A stretch of DNA of 64,000 nt from an uncultured Muribaculaceae bacterium (GTDB lineage Bacteria; Bacteroidota; Bacteroidia; Bacteroidales; Muribaculaceae). This document shows positions 19,103-29,095 of the stretch, piece by piece. The notes below the pieces were generated by a model. That model worked only from the letters and a program-made list of their open reading frames with translations. It ran no database searches and had not been told where the DNA came from. The stretch lies in assembly GCA_910576775.1 (NCBI GenBank), contig CAJTJV010000009.1, forward strand, positions 9,066-73,065. Reading direction: 5' to 3'. Each line of letters starts with the position of its first letter. The first letter of the stretch is position 1. Both the position numbers and the translations under genes were made by a program.

Positions 19103-19876
19103 TTATTTCAGGGGACATATGTACTGACCTTTACCTTCCGTCGCTTTGCCGTACGCTACGGCATGGCGCGGACAGATGTGGTAGCAGCGCAGACAAAGAG
19201 CGCACTTTTCACCCCATTGTGGACGACCGTCAGTCATTTTTATGTTGCCCATGGGGCATGAGCGGGCGCAAAGACCGCATTCAACGCAGCCCTCTGTAGC
19301 ATGGAATGGTTTGGGCGACATCGCGAAGCGCTTGAACCAAGGATATATTACAGCCGATTTTACAAACGGGAAGGCTCCGCGGATAAGTTCGGAGGGCTTC
19401 CCTTCTTTTATAGCTTCTGCAATGTGTTTCAGACGGTATTTGCATTCGGATAGTTTGCGGAATTCGACGTCGGAGGAATCCACGTCGAATCCTTTCATCA
19501 GAGTGTATGTGTTAGGCATTTCTATGGCGAAAGCCTCTCTGCCTGCAATGCCGCGGTGTTTGAGTATACTCCGCCATTGTCGGTCGGCATATGCCATATC
19601 GTCGCCGCAGCTTGTCAGCATATAATGTGCTGCCGAGCTTACTGCCATTGAGAAAGTAGCCGCTTCCATGAATGAAGCCACTACAGGCGGTATGCCCCAT
19701 GAATACGTTGGGAATGCCCATATAAGGCGCGACTCTCCTTCGGGTAAATCTATTCTTGCCGCAGCCGGATTACGTAATTCTTCTACAGAGAGCTCATGGA
19801 CATTCTCGTCAAGGAGGCCGGCGAGTCTTTTTGCGCAATAGCGGGTGTTGCCGGTGCCGCTGAAATAGATTATCAT
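19103..19876 (-). CDS. EFR1-family flavodoxin-ferredoxin fusion
   Basis: YFSGTGNT flavodoxin motif; two CxxCxxCxxxCP 4Fe-4S motifs. Confidence 0.9.
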   Translation of the reverse strand: MIIYFSGTGNTRYCAKRLAGLLDENVHELSVEELRNPAAARIDLPEGESRLIWAFPTYSWGIPPVVASFMEAATFSMAVSSAAHYMLTSCGDDMAYADRQWRSILKHRGIAGREAFAIEMPNTYTLMKGFDVDSSDVEFRKLSECKYRLKHIAEAIKEGKPSELIRGAFPFVKSAVIYPWFKRFAMSPKPFHATEGCVECGLCARSCPMGNIKMTDGRPQWGEKCALCLRCYHICPRHAVAYGKATEGKGQYICPLK

Positions 19877-20970
19877 TGGCGTTTTTTATGTGCTTTGGGC
19901 TTCATCCCTTCAATGCTGCGGATTGTAACCTGGGTAGCGCCGAAGCCGTACTCTCGAAAAGAAGCATCCTGTACGTCATGTCCTTTGAAGCGGTGGGTAA
20001 GTTCTTTCATCAGAGCCTGACGAAGCACTCCTTCGCCTTTACCGTGGATGAAGACGATGCGCGTACCCGGTTTTCTGAGGTTTGCTGTCATCACTTCTGA
20101 AAAGCGGTCTATCTGATAGTTGAGTATGTCGGCAGGCTCAAGGCCCTCAGTGCTTTCAAAAAGTGCGGAGGCATGAAGATCCACTTCGATAATGCCGTTG
20201 TCAGCATGTGAAGGCTTTGACAGCGGTTTGGGGGCGCTGTGTTTCAAATCTTTGCTTTTTCCGAGTATGCCTTCGGTAATTTTTTCTGCATTGAAGGCTA
20301 TTGTCGGCGCCGTACGGTCGTTGCATACTATGTCGAATGCTATGACGGGATTATCGAAATAAGGGTTATCCTTGAAGCAATGATATTTGGCAAACTTTGT
20401 AGTGTCAACCTTGAACTCCACGCATACCGGTGGCTTGGCGATAAAGCCTTTATCTCTTTTGAATGCTATGTATTGTACTGACAGTCGGTCGAATTCGACA
20501 AGATCGGCAGGTCTCATTTCGAACAGGAATTCCTGGATGTTTGGTTCGATAAGACCGTCGTAGTGCAAATGCCATTCAGGTTTGTCAGTAGCTCGCGATG
20601 CTACGGATACGTAGATATAATAATTCGAGTCATTGACAAGGTATGCCTCATAGGAAGAACGGCTCAGTGTTTTCAAGTCGGTAGCCTCGAACCCAAGGAC
20701 TATGTTGATATTCTCACCGGTTTTTGTCTCCACGATTGGCAGGCGGGTCGATATAGGGGTTGTGTCTTTTACAGACATCTGCGTTGCCTTTTGTTGCGAT
20801 TTTAAGGGTGTGGCAGATGACGTAGCGCCTACAACCACGCATTCACGTACGAGTACGGGGGTATCGAAGCCATCCTCGTCAACGTATGCTATGTCGCCGT
20901 CGATTCTTACTACGCGTCCGCCTCCGACAGCATTGAGGTAACGGACGGTATCACCTATTTTTAAAGCCAT
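19873..20970 (-). CDS. DUF2027 / Smr-domain protein
   Basis: N-terminal KIGDTVRYL KOW-like module; YLVNDSNY; C-terminal Smr domain VDLH...IHGKGEGVLR...GFGAT. Confidence 0.85.
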   Translation of the reverse strand: MALKIGDTVRYLNAVGGGRVVRIDGDIAYVDEDGFDTPVLVRECVVVGATSSATPLKSQQKATQMSVKDTTPISTRLPIVETKTGENINIVLGFEATDLKTLSRSSYEAYLVNDSNYYIYVSVASRATDKPEWHLHYDGLIEPNIQEFLFEMRPADLVEFDRLSVQYIAFKRDKGFIAKPPVCVEFKVDTTKFAKYHCFKDNPYFDNPVIAFDIVCNDRTAPTIAFNAEKITEGILGKSKDLKHSAPKPLSKPSHADNGIIEVDLHASALFESTEGLEPADILNYQIDRFSEVMTANLRKPGTRIVFIHGKGEGVLRQALMKELTHRFKGHDVQDASFREYGFGATQVTIRSIEGMKPKAHKKRQ

Positions 20971-20982
20971 TATTATGTTTTT

Positions 20983-21879
20983 TTAGATTGAGAGTCCTGT
21001 TCTTTCATGAAGACCGTAGAGAAGGTCCATGATGTGTATGGCATTACCGGTACAGCCCTTGGTGAGTGCGTCCATAGTCGCATGTAGGACAAGAGTGTCA
21101 TCCTCTTTATTCAACTGCAGCAGACATTTGTTACTGCCACGTAGATCTTCGTCAAGGCCGCCGAAGCCCGGTACGACATATACGAAATTATGGTCGTCGT
21201 AAGCATCGCGGTAGAGTCGTTCGATTTCTTCGATGGCTATAGGGGTTTTCATGCGAATTTCAGCATCAAGCCGTTTGTAATTCGCTTCCGGACTGTTTTT
21301 GAAACTGATTTCTTTGGCAAAGGAGGGCTGTACGGCTGCCAGAAAACGTGATGCTTCCGCGACAGCGTCACATAGTTCGTTTTTGCTTGCCACATCTATC
21401 GTCAACGCCTCGTTGAGAAGAGCGTTTTTTGCGAGAGGAAAGAGGGCAAGCTCGATAATCATTGACTCGGGGGTCGGGGATACAGCAGCGCGGGCACCGC
21501 GTACAAGTGCTTTGCGGTTGGCTTCCGGCAGTCCGTAAATAATATTGTCGGGAAGGTTCTTGCGCAGGTTTGTAGCTTTGCCAAGCACGATAAGTTTGAA
21601 ATCGGAATCATTACGGAACTTATCGAGAATCTCCGGAGTAATATTTTCCTCATCAATAACGAAAAGTACATCCAGATTGTCGAGATTCAGCACGCGCTCA
21701 AGAGTTAGTTCGGTCTCTCCTGCATAAACAGGATGAAGCTCGGCAATTGGTACAGTATTGCCGGCCGGTGATGCCACGGCGCGCAGATCCACGTCCGGAT
21801 GGCGGAGAAGTAAGCGCAGAAGCTGTTTTCTTACGGGATCCTCGAGTGTCGCAGGCCCATAAATTCCTACTTTTATCAT
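20983..21879 (-). CDS. Degenerate ArgC (N-acetyl-gamma-glutamyl-phosphate reductase)-like protein
   Basis: ArgC scaffold (MIKVGI, LLRHPDV, YGLPEANR, GSNKC, D.LTKG..G.A...MDL.YGL.ER.GL), but the GxxGxxG and NPGC motifs are lost. Confidence 0.7.
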   Translation of the reverse strand: MIKVGIYGPATLEDPVRKQLLRLLLRHPDVDLRAVASPAGNTVPIAELHPVYAGETELTLERVLNLDNLDVLFVIDEENITPEILDKFRNDSDFKLIVLGKATNLRKNLPDNIIYGLPEANRKALVRGARAAVSPTPESMIIELALFPLAKNALLNEALTIDVASKNELCDAVAEASRFLAAVQPSFAKEISFKNSPEANYKRLDAEIRMKTPIAIEEIERLYRDAYDDHNFVYVVPGFGGLDEDLRGSNKCLLQLNKEDDTLVLHATMDALTKGCTGNAIHIMDLLYGLHERTGLSI

Positions 21880-23177
21880 GGTTTGGCTTTATTGGTGTCA
21901 ATCTTGAAAATATCCCTCATGATGATAGAGGTTGCACCTATTTTTGAGGCGATATAATCTTTGGCGGCTTTACCGCTGTTTCTTGTAAATGTCATATCGT
22001 CAGTCATTCGCCGGAATACGTTTTCGGTACTTTTTGACCCGTCGATGCAGAATCCACCTCCGCACTCCTGTAATTCGCGGGCTTCGATGAATTTTTTGTT
22101 GTTTGGCCCGAAAATGACGGGAATGCCGAAAACCGCGGCCTCGTTTATGTTGTGTATACCGGCTCCGAAGCCACCGCCTATATATGCGGCATCGCCGTAA
22201 CGGTATAGGCGGCTCAGGAGTCCGAAACAGTCGATAATAAGGTAGCGCAGTTTGGAAGCGACTTTATGTGCTTCGGCAGGCGATTTGTCGAACAGGCGTT
22301 TGAAATCGCTCAGCAGCATTGTGCAATTGCTGCCAAGACGCCGGCGCAACTCTGCCAGCCGGTGGGCGTCGAACTCGTGTGGCGCGATTATGGCACGCAT
22401 GCCAGTGTTTGCTTTCAGTATTGGGATATATATATCCTCGTCTTTGGGCCAGCTGCTGCCGGCTATCAGGGTGAAAGTTCCCGGCGCTCCGTCTTTGAAT
22501 GTCTCTATTTCGGGTATGAGGCGCCCGTTGTCGCGAATGGTACTCACACGGTCGAAGCGGGTGTCTCCGGCAACAGTGACATTTGTTATTCCGATGCCTT
22601 CAAGCAAACGGCGCGAGGCGTCTTCCTGAACGAAAATATGACTGAAGCATCCGAGTATATTGCGGAACATACCCCCCCAGGGGCGGAAAAAAATCTGTCC
22701 CGGCCGGAATATCGATGATATAAGGTAAATTGGAATGCTCCGGCGTTGCAGGCCTGTGAGGTAGTTCCCCCAGAATTCGTATTTTACGAAGATTGCGAGT
22801 TTCGGTTCGGCAATGTCGAGGAAGCGTTCTACATTTGACGGTTTGTCAAAAGGCAGATATACTACGGCTATACGCGGGTCGTAGTCGCAACGTACTTCAT
22901 ATCCTGAAGGAGAGAAGAATGTGAGAAGGATCTTAGTTTCAGGATGCTCGGTGAGCAAAGCGTCTATGACAGGGCGTCCTTGCTCGAACTCTCCGAGCGA
23001 TGCGGCGTGAATCCATACGTCAAAACCTTCCGGTGCAAGTGTGCGTCGGAAGGCTTGCAGACGATCCATCGTTTCGGCCTGTCCCTTGAGCATGTGGCGC
23101 ACTTTGGTCGACCGTATGGCCGTAATATGTGCCGCACTTTTGTAGAGGGCTATGCCGGCGTTATAGAGTGGATTCAT
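21876..23177 (-). CDS. waaA: 3-deoxy-D-manno-octulosonic acid (Kdo) transferase
   Basis: [37 protein letters not shown]. Confidence 0.92.
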   Translation of the reverse strand: MNPLYNAGIALYKSAAHITAIRSTKVRHMLKGQAETMDRLQAFRRTLAPEGFDVWIHAASLGEFEQGRPVIDALLTEHPETKILLTFFSPSGYEVRCDYDPRIAVVYLPFDKPSNVERFLDIAEPKLAIFVKYEFWGNYLTGLQRRSIPIYLISSIFRPGQIFFRPWGGMFRNILGCFSHIFVQEDASRRLLEGIGITNVTVAGDTRFDRVSTIRDNGRLIPEIETFKDGAPGTFTLIAGSSWPKDEDIYIPILKANTGMRAIIAPHEFDAHRLAELRRRLGSNCTMLLSDFKRLFDKSPAEAHKVASKLRYLIIDCFGLLSRLYRYGDAAYIGGGFGAGIHNINEAAVFGIPVIFGPNNKKFIEARELQECGGGFCIDGSKSTENVFRRMTDDMTFTRNSGKAAKDYIASKIGATSIIMRDIFKIDTNKAKP

Positions 23178-24715
23178 TCAGCGGATTTTATGTTTGCAAT
23201 ACCCGCTTTAAGACGTGCTATTGTTTCTTCGCGGCCTATAAGTTCTGTGATGTCGAACATGTGCGGTCCTTTGCATTCGCCGACAACGCATAGACGGAAG
23301 GCGTTCATTACGTTGCCGAGGTGCAGTTCATTATCGGAAATCCATTTCAACACAATCGGTTCGAGTGTCTTGGAACTGAAATCGGATTGTGATTCAAGGA
23401 GATCGGCAAGGGCGCCCATTGTGGCCGGCATTGTTTCGCTCCAGCGCTTCTTCACGTCTTTGGCGCCGTATTCCACGGGAGCTGTAAAGAAGAAACAGGC
23501 GTTATCCCATAAATCTTTTACAAAGTTGATACGGCTCTTTACAAGGCCGACGGCTTTGGCAATATACTCGTTGGAAAAATCATCGGGATTTATTCCGTGT
23601 TCTTTTAGTACAGGTTTGAAAAGCTCAGCGAGACGGTTGTCATCAAGTTCTTGCAGATATGTATGGTTGAACCACTTGCCTTTCTCAAAAGCAAATTTGG
23701 CACCTGCTTTGGAGCAGTGCTCGAAGGAGAATTTGTTTATAAGTTCGTCCATGCTCATCACCTCGGTGTCGTCACCCGGGTTCCAGCCGAGCAGGGCAAG
23801 GAAATTGACAACAGCTTCCGGCAGGTAGCCGCTTTCGCGGTAGCCCGACGATATTGCGCCGCTCTTTGGGTCGTGCCATTCGAGAGGAAAGACCGGGAAA
23901 CCGAGGCGGTCACCGTCGCGTTTGCTTAGCTTGCCTTTGCCATCTGGTTTCAGCAGGAGAGGCAGATGAACGAAAGATGGAGCGGTATCGGCCCATCCGA
24001 AAGCTTCGTAGAGTAGTACGTGCAGAGGTGCGGAGGGTAGCCATTCCTCGCCGCGGATTACGTGGCTCACCTTCATCAGATGGTCGTCGACGATATTGGC
24101 AAGATGGTATGTCGGGAGATCGTCGGCACTTTTGTAGAGCACCTTGTCGTCGAGAATATCGCTTTTAATAGTCACGCGTCCTCGAAGCAGGTCGTCAACA
24201 GCTACCTCGCGGCCGGGCTCAATACGGAATCGTACGACGTATTGAGTGCCTTCGTCGATAAGCTTTTGTACTTCCTCTTCTGTCATTGTGAGAGAGTTGC
24301 GCATGCTCATTCGGGTGGATGCGTCGTACTGGAAATTTGGAATTTCGTTACGTTTGGCTTCCAACTCTGCGGGGGTGTCGAAAGCGATATAGGCTTTGCC
24401 GGCATCGAGAAGCATCTTGACGTGCTCTCGATAAATGTCGCGTCGTTCGCTCTGTTTGTAAGGTCCGTAAGGCCCCCCTTCGCGTACACCTTCGTCAATG
24501 CCGATTCCGAGCCAGGCAAGAGCCTCATTGATATATTCTTCTGCTCCCGGAACGAAGCGCTGGGAGTCGGTATCTTCGATGCGGAGAATCATTTTGCCTC
24601 CGTTGCGTCGGGCAAATAGATAGTTATAGAGAGCAGTCCGGACACCGCCGATATGGAGGGGGCCGGTGGGAGACGGTGCGAAACGCACGCGAACTTCTCT
24701 TTCATTCTGCGACAT
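23174..24715 (-). CDS. gltX: Glutamate--tRNA ligase
   Basis: [14 protein letters not shown] (HIGH), KLSKR (KMSKS), LRIEDTD. Confidence 0.97.
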   Translation of the reverse strand: MSQNEREVRVRFAPSPTGPLHIGGVRTALYNYLFARRNGGKMILRIEDTDSQRFVPGAEEYINEALAWLGIGIDEGVREGGPYGPYKQSERRDIYREHVKMLLDAGKAYIAFDTPAELEAKRNEIPNFQYDASTRMSMRNSLTMTEEEVQKLIDEGTQYVVRFRIEPGREVAVDDLLRGRVTIKSDILDDKVLYKSADDLPTYHLANIVDDHLMKVSHVIRGEEWLPSAPLHVLLYEAFGWADTAPSFVHLPLLLKPDGKGKLSKRDGDRLGFPVFPLEWHDPKSGAISSGYRESGYLPEAVVNFLALLGWNPGDDTEVMSMDELINKFSFEHCSKAGAKFAFEKGKWFNHTYLQELDDNRLAELFKPVLKEHGINPDDFSNEYIAKAVGLVKSRINFVKDLWDNACFFFTAPVEYGAKDVKKRWSETMPATMGALADLLESQSDFSSKTLEPIVLKWISDNELHLGNVMNAFRLCVVGECKGPHMFDITELIGREETIARLKAGIANIKSAE

Positions 24716-24834
24716 ATTCTGTATGTTGAATGTTTATATTTGCTGTTATGTATAATCTGCCACAAAATTAAGCAAAATTTACGACATACGGCACATATAA
24801 GTTCCTAAATGCGCAGACTGTAAGGCCCGAGATG

Positions 24835-26166
24835 TCAGATTGCTTTGCCGGAGGCAATGAAAGCCCGTATTGCGTGGTCGGAGTTTTCGATATATCGTTC
24901 GAGGGAGCGCCCGTAGCGGGCGATATCCTTTATCGTACGGCGGGCTACTCCATTTTGGATTGCGGCACGTACGACGGCCGGTGGTACTGCCGTTAGCAGC
25001 CGGCGGTCGAATGGTTTCGGGAGTATGTAGTCCGGGCCGAATTCAAGATGCTCGTCGGGATATAATTGCTGTACGGAATCGGTAACTTTTTCACGTGCAA
25101 TGGAAGCGATGGCATGTGCAGCAGCCATTTTCATGTCTTTGTCAATCACTTTTGCGCGGCAGTCGAGTGCGGCGCGGAAGATATAGGGGAATCCGAGCAC
25201 ATTATTTATCTGGTTGGGATAGTCGGAGCGGCCGGTAGCATAGATGATGTCGCTGCGGGTGGCAAAGGCTGCCTCGCGGTCAATTTCGGGATTGGGGTTT
25301 GCGAGGGCGAATACTATAGGCTTTGGCGCCATCGATGCAAGCATCTTAGGAGTAAGCACGTCGGCAACGGAAAGCCCAAGGAATACGTCTGCGCCGCGGA
25401 CGGCATCGGTGAGGGTGTTGATGTCGGAGCGTTCTGTTGCAAAGAATGCTTTCTGTGGAGTGAGATTCTGCCGTTGCGTGGTGATTGCGCCTTTACTGTC
25501 GCACATAACGATGTTTTCCCGTTTCACGCCGAGGCCTATCATCAGGTTCGTGCAGGCTATGGCGGCAGCCCCTGCGCCGTTTACTACCATCCTGATATCG
25601 GATATTTTTTTGCCTTGTATATGAAGCGCGTTGATAAGTGCGGCACCGGCGATTACGGCTGTGCCATGCTGGTCGTCATGCATTACGGGAATGTCGCAGG
25701 ATTCAATCAGTCTTTCCTCTATCTCAAAGCATTCCGGAGCTTTTATGTCTTCGAGGTTTATTCCTCCGAATCCGCATGATATTGCTTTTACAATATCGAC
25801 AATCCGTTGCGGCTCTGTCTCGTCGATTTCTATGTCGATGGCGTTCACTCCGGCAAATATCTTGAAAAGCAGAGCCTTTCCTTCCATTACCGGCTTGGAT
25901 GCCAGGGCGCCGAGGTTACCGAGACCGAGGACAGCGGTTCCATTCGACACCACGGCGACGGTATTGCCTTTGTCGGTATATCGGTAGGCGGCATCGGAGT
26001 TTTCGGCAATTTCCAGACAGGGGTAAGCTACTCCGGGAGAATAGGCCAGTGACAGGTCTTCGGGAGTGTAGAACGGTTTGGTAGGTACTATTTCAATTTT
26101 ACCCGGAGTGGGATAGCGATGGTAGAAAAGAGCACGCGTTGTGGCTTTGTCGAAAATCTTTTTCAT
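24835..26166 (-). CDS. NAD(P)-dependent malic enzyme without a PTA domain
   Basis: LSLAYSPGVA, GTAVLGLG, PVMEGKA, NLEDI, HDDQHGTA, TGRSDYPNQINN; ATG at 26166 chosen. Confidence 0.9.
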   Translation of the reverse strand: MKKIFDKATTRALFYHRYPTPGKIEIVPTKPFYTPEDLSLAYSPGVAYPCLEIAENSDAAYRYTDKGNTVAVVSNGTAVLGLGNLGALASKPVMEGKALLFKIFAGVNAIDIEIDETEPQRIVDIVKAISCGFGGINLEDIKAPECFEIEERLIESCDIPVMHDDQHGTAVIAGAALINALHIQGKKISDIRMVVNGAGAAAIACTNLMIGLGVKRENIVMCDSKGAITTQRQNLTPQKAFFATERSDINTLTDAVRGADVFLGLSVADVLTPKMLASMAPKPIVFALANPNPEIDREAAFATRSDIIYATGRSDYPNQINNVLGFPYIFRAALDCRAKVIDKDMKMAAAHAIASIAREKVTDSVQQLYPDEHLEFGPDYILPKPFDRRLLTAVPPAVVRAAIQNGVARRTIKDIARYGRSLERYIENSDHAIRAFIASGKAI

Positions 26167-26270
26167 AGTCAAGTAATAAAAATGCTCCGTCAGAGCTTTA
26201 GGCACCGGCGGAACATTCTTTCAGAAATATATAACATTCAACCATAAAGGTCTTTTAGTAGTTGGATTGT

Positions 26271-27197
26271 CTATTTGCTGACGCATATGCGGTCGGAGGC
26301 GAATACGTTCAGTCCGAGTTTTTCGGCTATATATGCGATGGCTTTCGAGGCTTTTACCGGTACGCCGCGCTCGTCGGTCTCGGGACTGTAGGCGGCAATT
26401 GCGCCGAATCCGGGAAGAATGGCAAGCATAGCTCCGGTGAAGCTTTTCTTTGCCGGAAGCCCTGTCTTGACAATCCAGCGTTTGATGAAATGCTTGCCGC
26501 GACTTGCCATCAGGGCTATTGCAGGGGCTGCGTATTTGCCGTCGAAGGCATATTCGCCGTTGACAGGGTTGCGTCCGTCGGCAGATACTGTGGCACCCAT
26601 TACGGACATTTGACTGACGCTCAGTTTTAGCGACAATACACGGGCATATACGTCAAGACTCTGTGCGACATCGTCGTAAAGGCGGATTCCCGCGTTTGTC
26701 ATGCTCTCAGCGATATTGTTTGCCTTGATAGTATCGGTATAGTAGTTGTAAAGGCTATCGCTGAAGCCGCGTTCGCTTGCAGTAAGAGCATATACCATAT
26801 CGGTTATTACCTTGAATTTGCCGTCGGGGTCGCCTTGCGGAATTATGGCGCTTACAGTTCGTAGGCCATGCTTGCCGAAAGGCATATCTATTTTGGGTTT
26901 GTTGTCTTTCCTACAACCGCAGCAGCATGATTTATTAAAAAGTTCATCGCCGAGATTCTGTGAAAGCAGGACAAGTGAGAGTGGAAGTTTTGCGACAGAA
27001 CCGAGCGGTACCTGTGCGGTGGTGTCGCCTTTGTCGAAGGTGCGACCGTCGGCGAGTGTTACGCTGATGCCGAATGTGTCCGGCTTGTAATCGCCCTGCA
27101 CACGCGGGTCGACTGTACCTTCTTTATCGGATTTAAATTGTTCGAAAGCTTCTTCTATCGCTTTTGTTACATCGTTGAATGATATTTTGCGTTCCAT
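26271..27197 (-). CDS. Divergent glutaminase-family protein
   Basis: GlsA scaffold (FGISV..DG, GD, SxxK, G.NP, GLPAK, IAAYSP, LGLNVF) with many substrate-binding residues substituted. Confidence 0.75.
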   Translation of the reverse strand: MERKISFNDVTKAIEEAFEQFKSDKEGTVDPRVQGDYKPDTFGISVTLADGRTFDKGDTTAQVPLGSVAKLPLSLVLLSQNLGDELFNKSCCCGCRKDNKPKIDMPFGKHGLRTVSAIIPQGDPDGKFKVITDMVYALTASERGFSDSLYNYYTDTIKANNIAESMTNAGIRLYDDVAQSLDVYARVLSLKLSVSQMSVMGATVSADGRNPVNGEYAFDGKYAAPAIALMASRGKHFIKRWIVKTGLPAKKSFTGAMLAILPGFGAIAAYSPETDERGVPVKASKAIAYIAEKLGLNVFASDRICVSK

Positions 27198-27299
27198 ATA
27201 ACTAAGTTTTTTCTATTTGTTATGTGAAAAACGCTGTCATTGCCGTCAAGTTCGGAAAAATATTATTTTTTTGATTTGTTCAGACAATGTTCCGGTATC

Positions 27300-28559
27300 T
27301 CAGAAGCTGAACTGGACCATGGCTTCAAGACGGTTGGCGTGTCCGCTCTCACCGTTGAGATTGTTTCGGACGCCATGGAGGTACTCGAGTCCGAATCTGA
27401 GGTCGGGAATAGGATTGTAGAAAGCATTTGCCGCTATATATTGACCGTAGTTATAGCAGTCGCCGCCGAGTTCGCCGTTGTCATAGAGCCGTGCTTGACT
27501 ATAGGATGCAGACATGAAGAAATTGGAGGTGAAATCATATTGCATACCGGCTGTCCAACCTGCCGAACCGGGTGCGCGTAGTTTGCCGTTGCCGTCGGGT
27601 ATAAGGTCGTAGCCGAGGCCGGAGAGGTCGTTGATATAGGTTGCGATACCTTTGCCATAGGTGTAATGGCCGAATATGCCGAGACCGCCGACGATTTTGC
27701 TTACCGCGCTGAACTGTACACCCCATCCGGTGGTTAGTTTGTTCTCGGCCGTGAAATCGTTTCGGTAGCTTAACTCACGCAGTATGCCCGAGGCGCGTAT
27801 ATGGCTTTCACCGCCGTTCCATGCATATTGAACGTAGAGTGGAATGTCTGGGAAACGTTGGGATATGGCTCGGGTATTAGTGCCTGTAGTATATGATGCT
27901 TCGGGGACTTCGACAGAAATGGCGTAGGAGAAGCCGCGGTACGACGGCGATTCATATTTGATAAGCATGTTTTTTGCAGATACCTGTCCCGATGGTCCCT
28001 GGTCGTCGACGGTAGGGGCCATAGCGGGAGCATCGGAAAAAACGCTTCGGGCTTTGCCTAATGTCACGTTGCCTATGCTTACGTATGCTTGTTTCAGTTT
28101 GAAACCGTAGTTGCCGTCATCGCCTGTGAAATTACTCTGTATATAAACGATGATTCTGCCGAGTTTAGTGGGGCGGCTTACAAGTTTTAGGAATATCGAC
28201 GAGTTGTTGGCTGTGGCGCCGAAGCGTTCACGTTGTGCGGGATTTTCCGGGACCGGTATCATGTTTGTGTAAAAACCATTATTGTTTACGGCTCCGCGGA
28301 GATCATACATTCCAAGTGCTTTTACATAGCCGCCGATGCCGAGAGCGACAGTTCCTTTTTTGTCAAGAAAAAGGAAGCGGGGGGCGGCGGGATCCTCGAA
28401 TGCAAGATTGTTGCGGGAGTACATGATTGCGATGTTCTGGCGATGGGCGTCGCTGGTGGTATCGCCGGAGAGAACGATTGCTCTGTCGGGAATGTGTTGA
28501 GCAAAAGACACTGCTGTCGATGCCAGACATAAACCGAGAAATAAAGTTTTGGATTTCAT
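27300..28559 (-). CDS. DcaP-family outer-membrane porin
   Basis: Signal peptide; FLFLDKKG..ALGIGGYVK, KLKQAY, P.TVD.QGP; C-terminal F; ATG at 28559. Confidence 0.75.
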   Translation of the reverse strand: MKSKTLFLGLCLASTAVSFAQHIPDRAIVLSGDTTSDAHRQNIAIMYSRNNLAFEDPAAPRFLFLDKKGTVALGIGGYVKALGMYDLRGAVNNNGFYTNMIPVPENPAQRERFGATANNSSIFLKLVSRPTKLGRIIVYIQSNFTGDDGNYGFKLKQAYVSIGNVTLGKARSVFSDAPAMAPTVDDQGPSGQVSAKNMLIKYESPSYRGFSYAISVEVPEASYTTGTNTRAISQRFPDIPLYVQYAWNGGESHIRASGILRELSYRNDFTAENKLTTGWGVQFSAVSKIVGGLGIFGHYTYGKGIATYINDLSGLGYDLIPDGNGKLRAPGSAGWTAGMQYDFTSNFFMSASYSQARLYDNGELGGDCYNYGQYIAANAFYNPIPDLRFGLEYLHGVRNNLNGESGHANRLEAMVQFSF

Positions 28560-28709
28560 CAGGATTTGGATTTTTATTTCTATCAAAACAAATTGAACGC
28601 GGAATTGGTTTGTTGCCTCCCGCAGCAATGGCGGCGGGTCCCCGGCTTAGGTCGCCTTGGATAACATACACGGCTCTTTCATTTAGGATATTTTGTGCAT
28701 GTATCGTGA

Positions 28710-28906
28710 GAGCCTCGGAGAGGCGTCATAATGTGAAAACCCCGGCATTCATGCCGGGTGCATAACCGGAAACAAAAAAGAGTCTCGGAGAGACGTCTTA
28801 TATGTGCCTTTTGGTATAAGACGTCTCTCCGAGACTCATACGTATATCGCCGCCTGCCCCCGCGCTAAAGCACGGGGTTCTCTGATAAAACGTCCCTCCG
28901 GGACTC
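28710..28906. repeat. Nested REP/BIME-like palindromic cluster
   Basis: Four copies of GAG(T/C)C(T/C)CGGAG(A/G)G(A/G)CGT, two forward and two reverse; inner perfect 23-bp inverted repeat 28780-28802/28815-28837; AACCCCG-led GC hairpins on both outer arms. Confidence 0.8.
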
Positions 28907-28989
28907 GGATGCGGTTCAGTTGCAGGATGCCGATAACTTTCGAGTACTTCGCTATTGAAATATTCAAGCATTTTTAAATGAAAAAGCCG

Positions 28990-29072
28990 TATATTTGGCT
29001 TTGCCGAAAATATTCCCGCTTTAACAAAATTCAAACAAGTTTGGTTTTGTATTCGACTTATGAGTATCTTTG
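28990..29072 (+). repeat. Dispersed hairpin/promoter repeat, copy 1 (ends in the TATCTTTG -7 element)
   Basis: 29021-29072 matches 53077-53128 at 45/52 positions; 28990-29020 matches 53121-53151 at 26/31 (counted by hand). Confidence 0.8.
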
Positions 29073-29095
29073 TAAGAATATTAGAAAATGCAGTT

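Noticed and set aside
28710..28906. Possible CRISPR mini-array
   Set aside because: Copies are in opposite orientations with irregular spacing and no cas genes; REP-like organisation fits better
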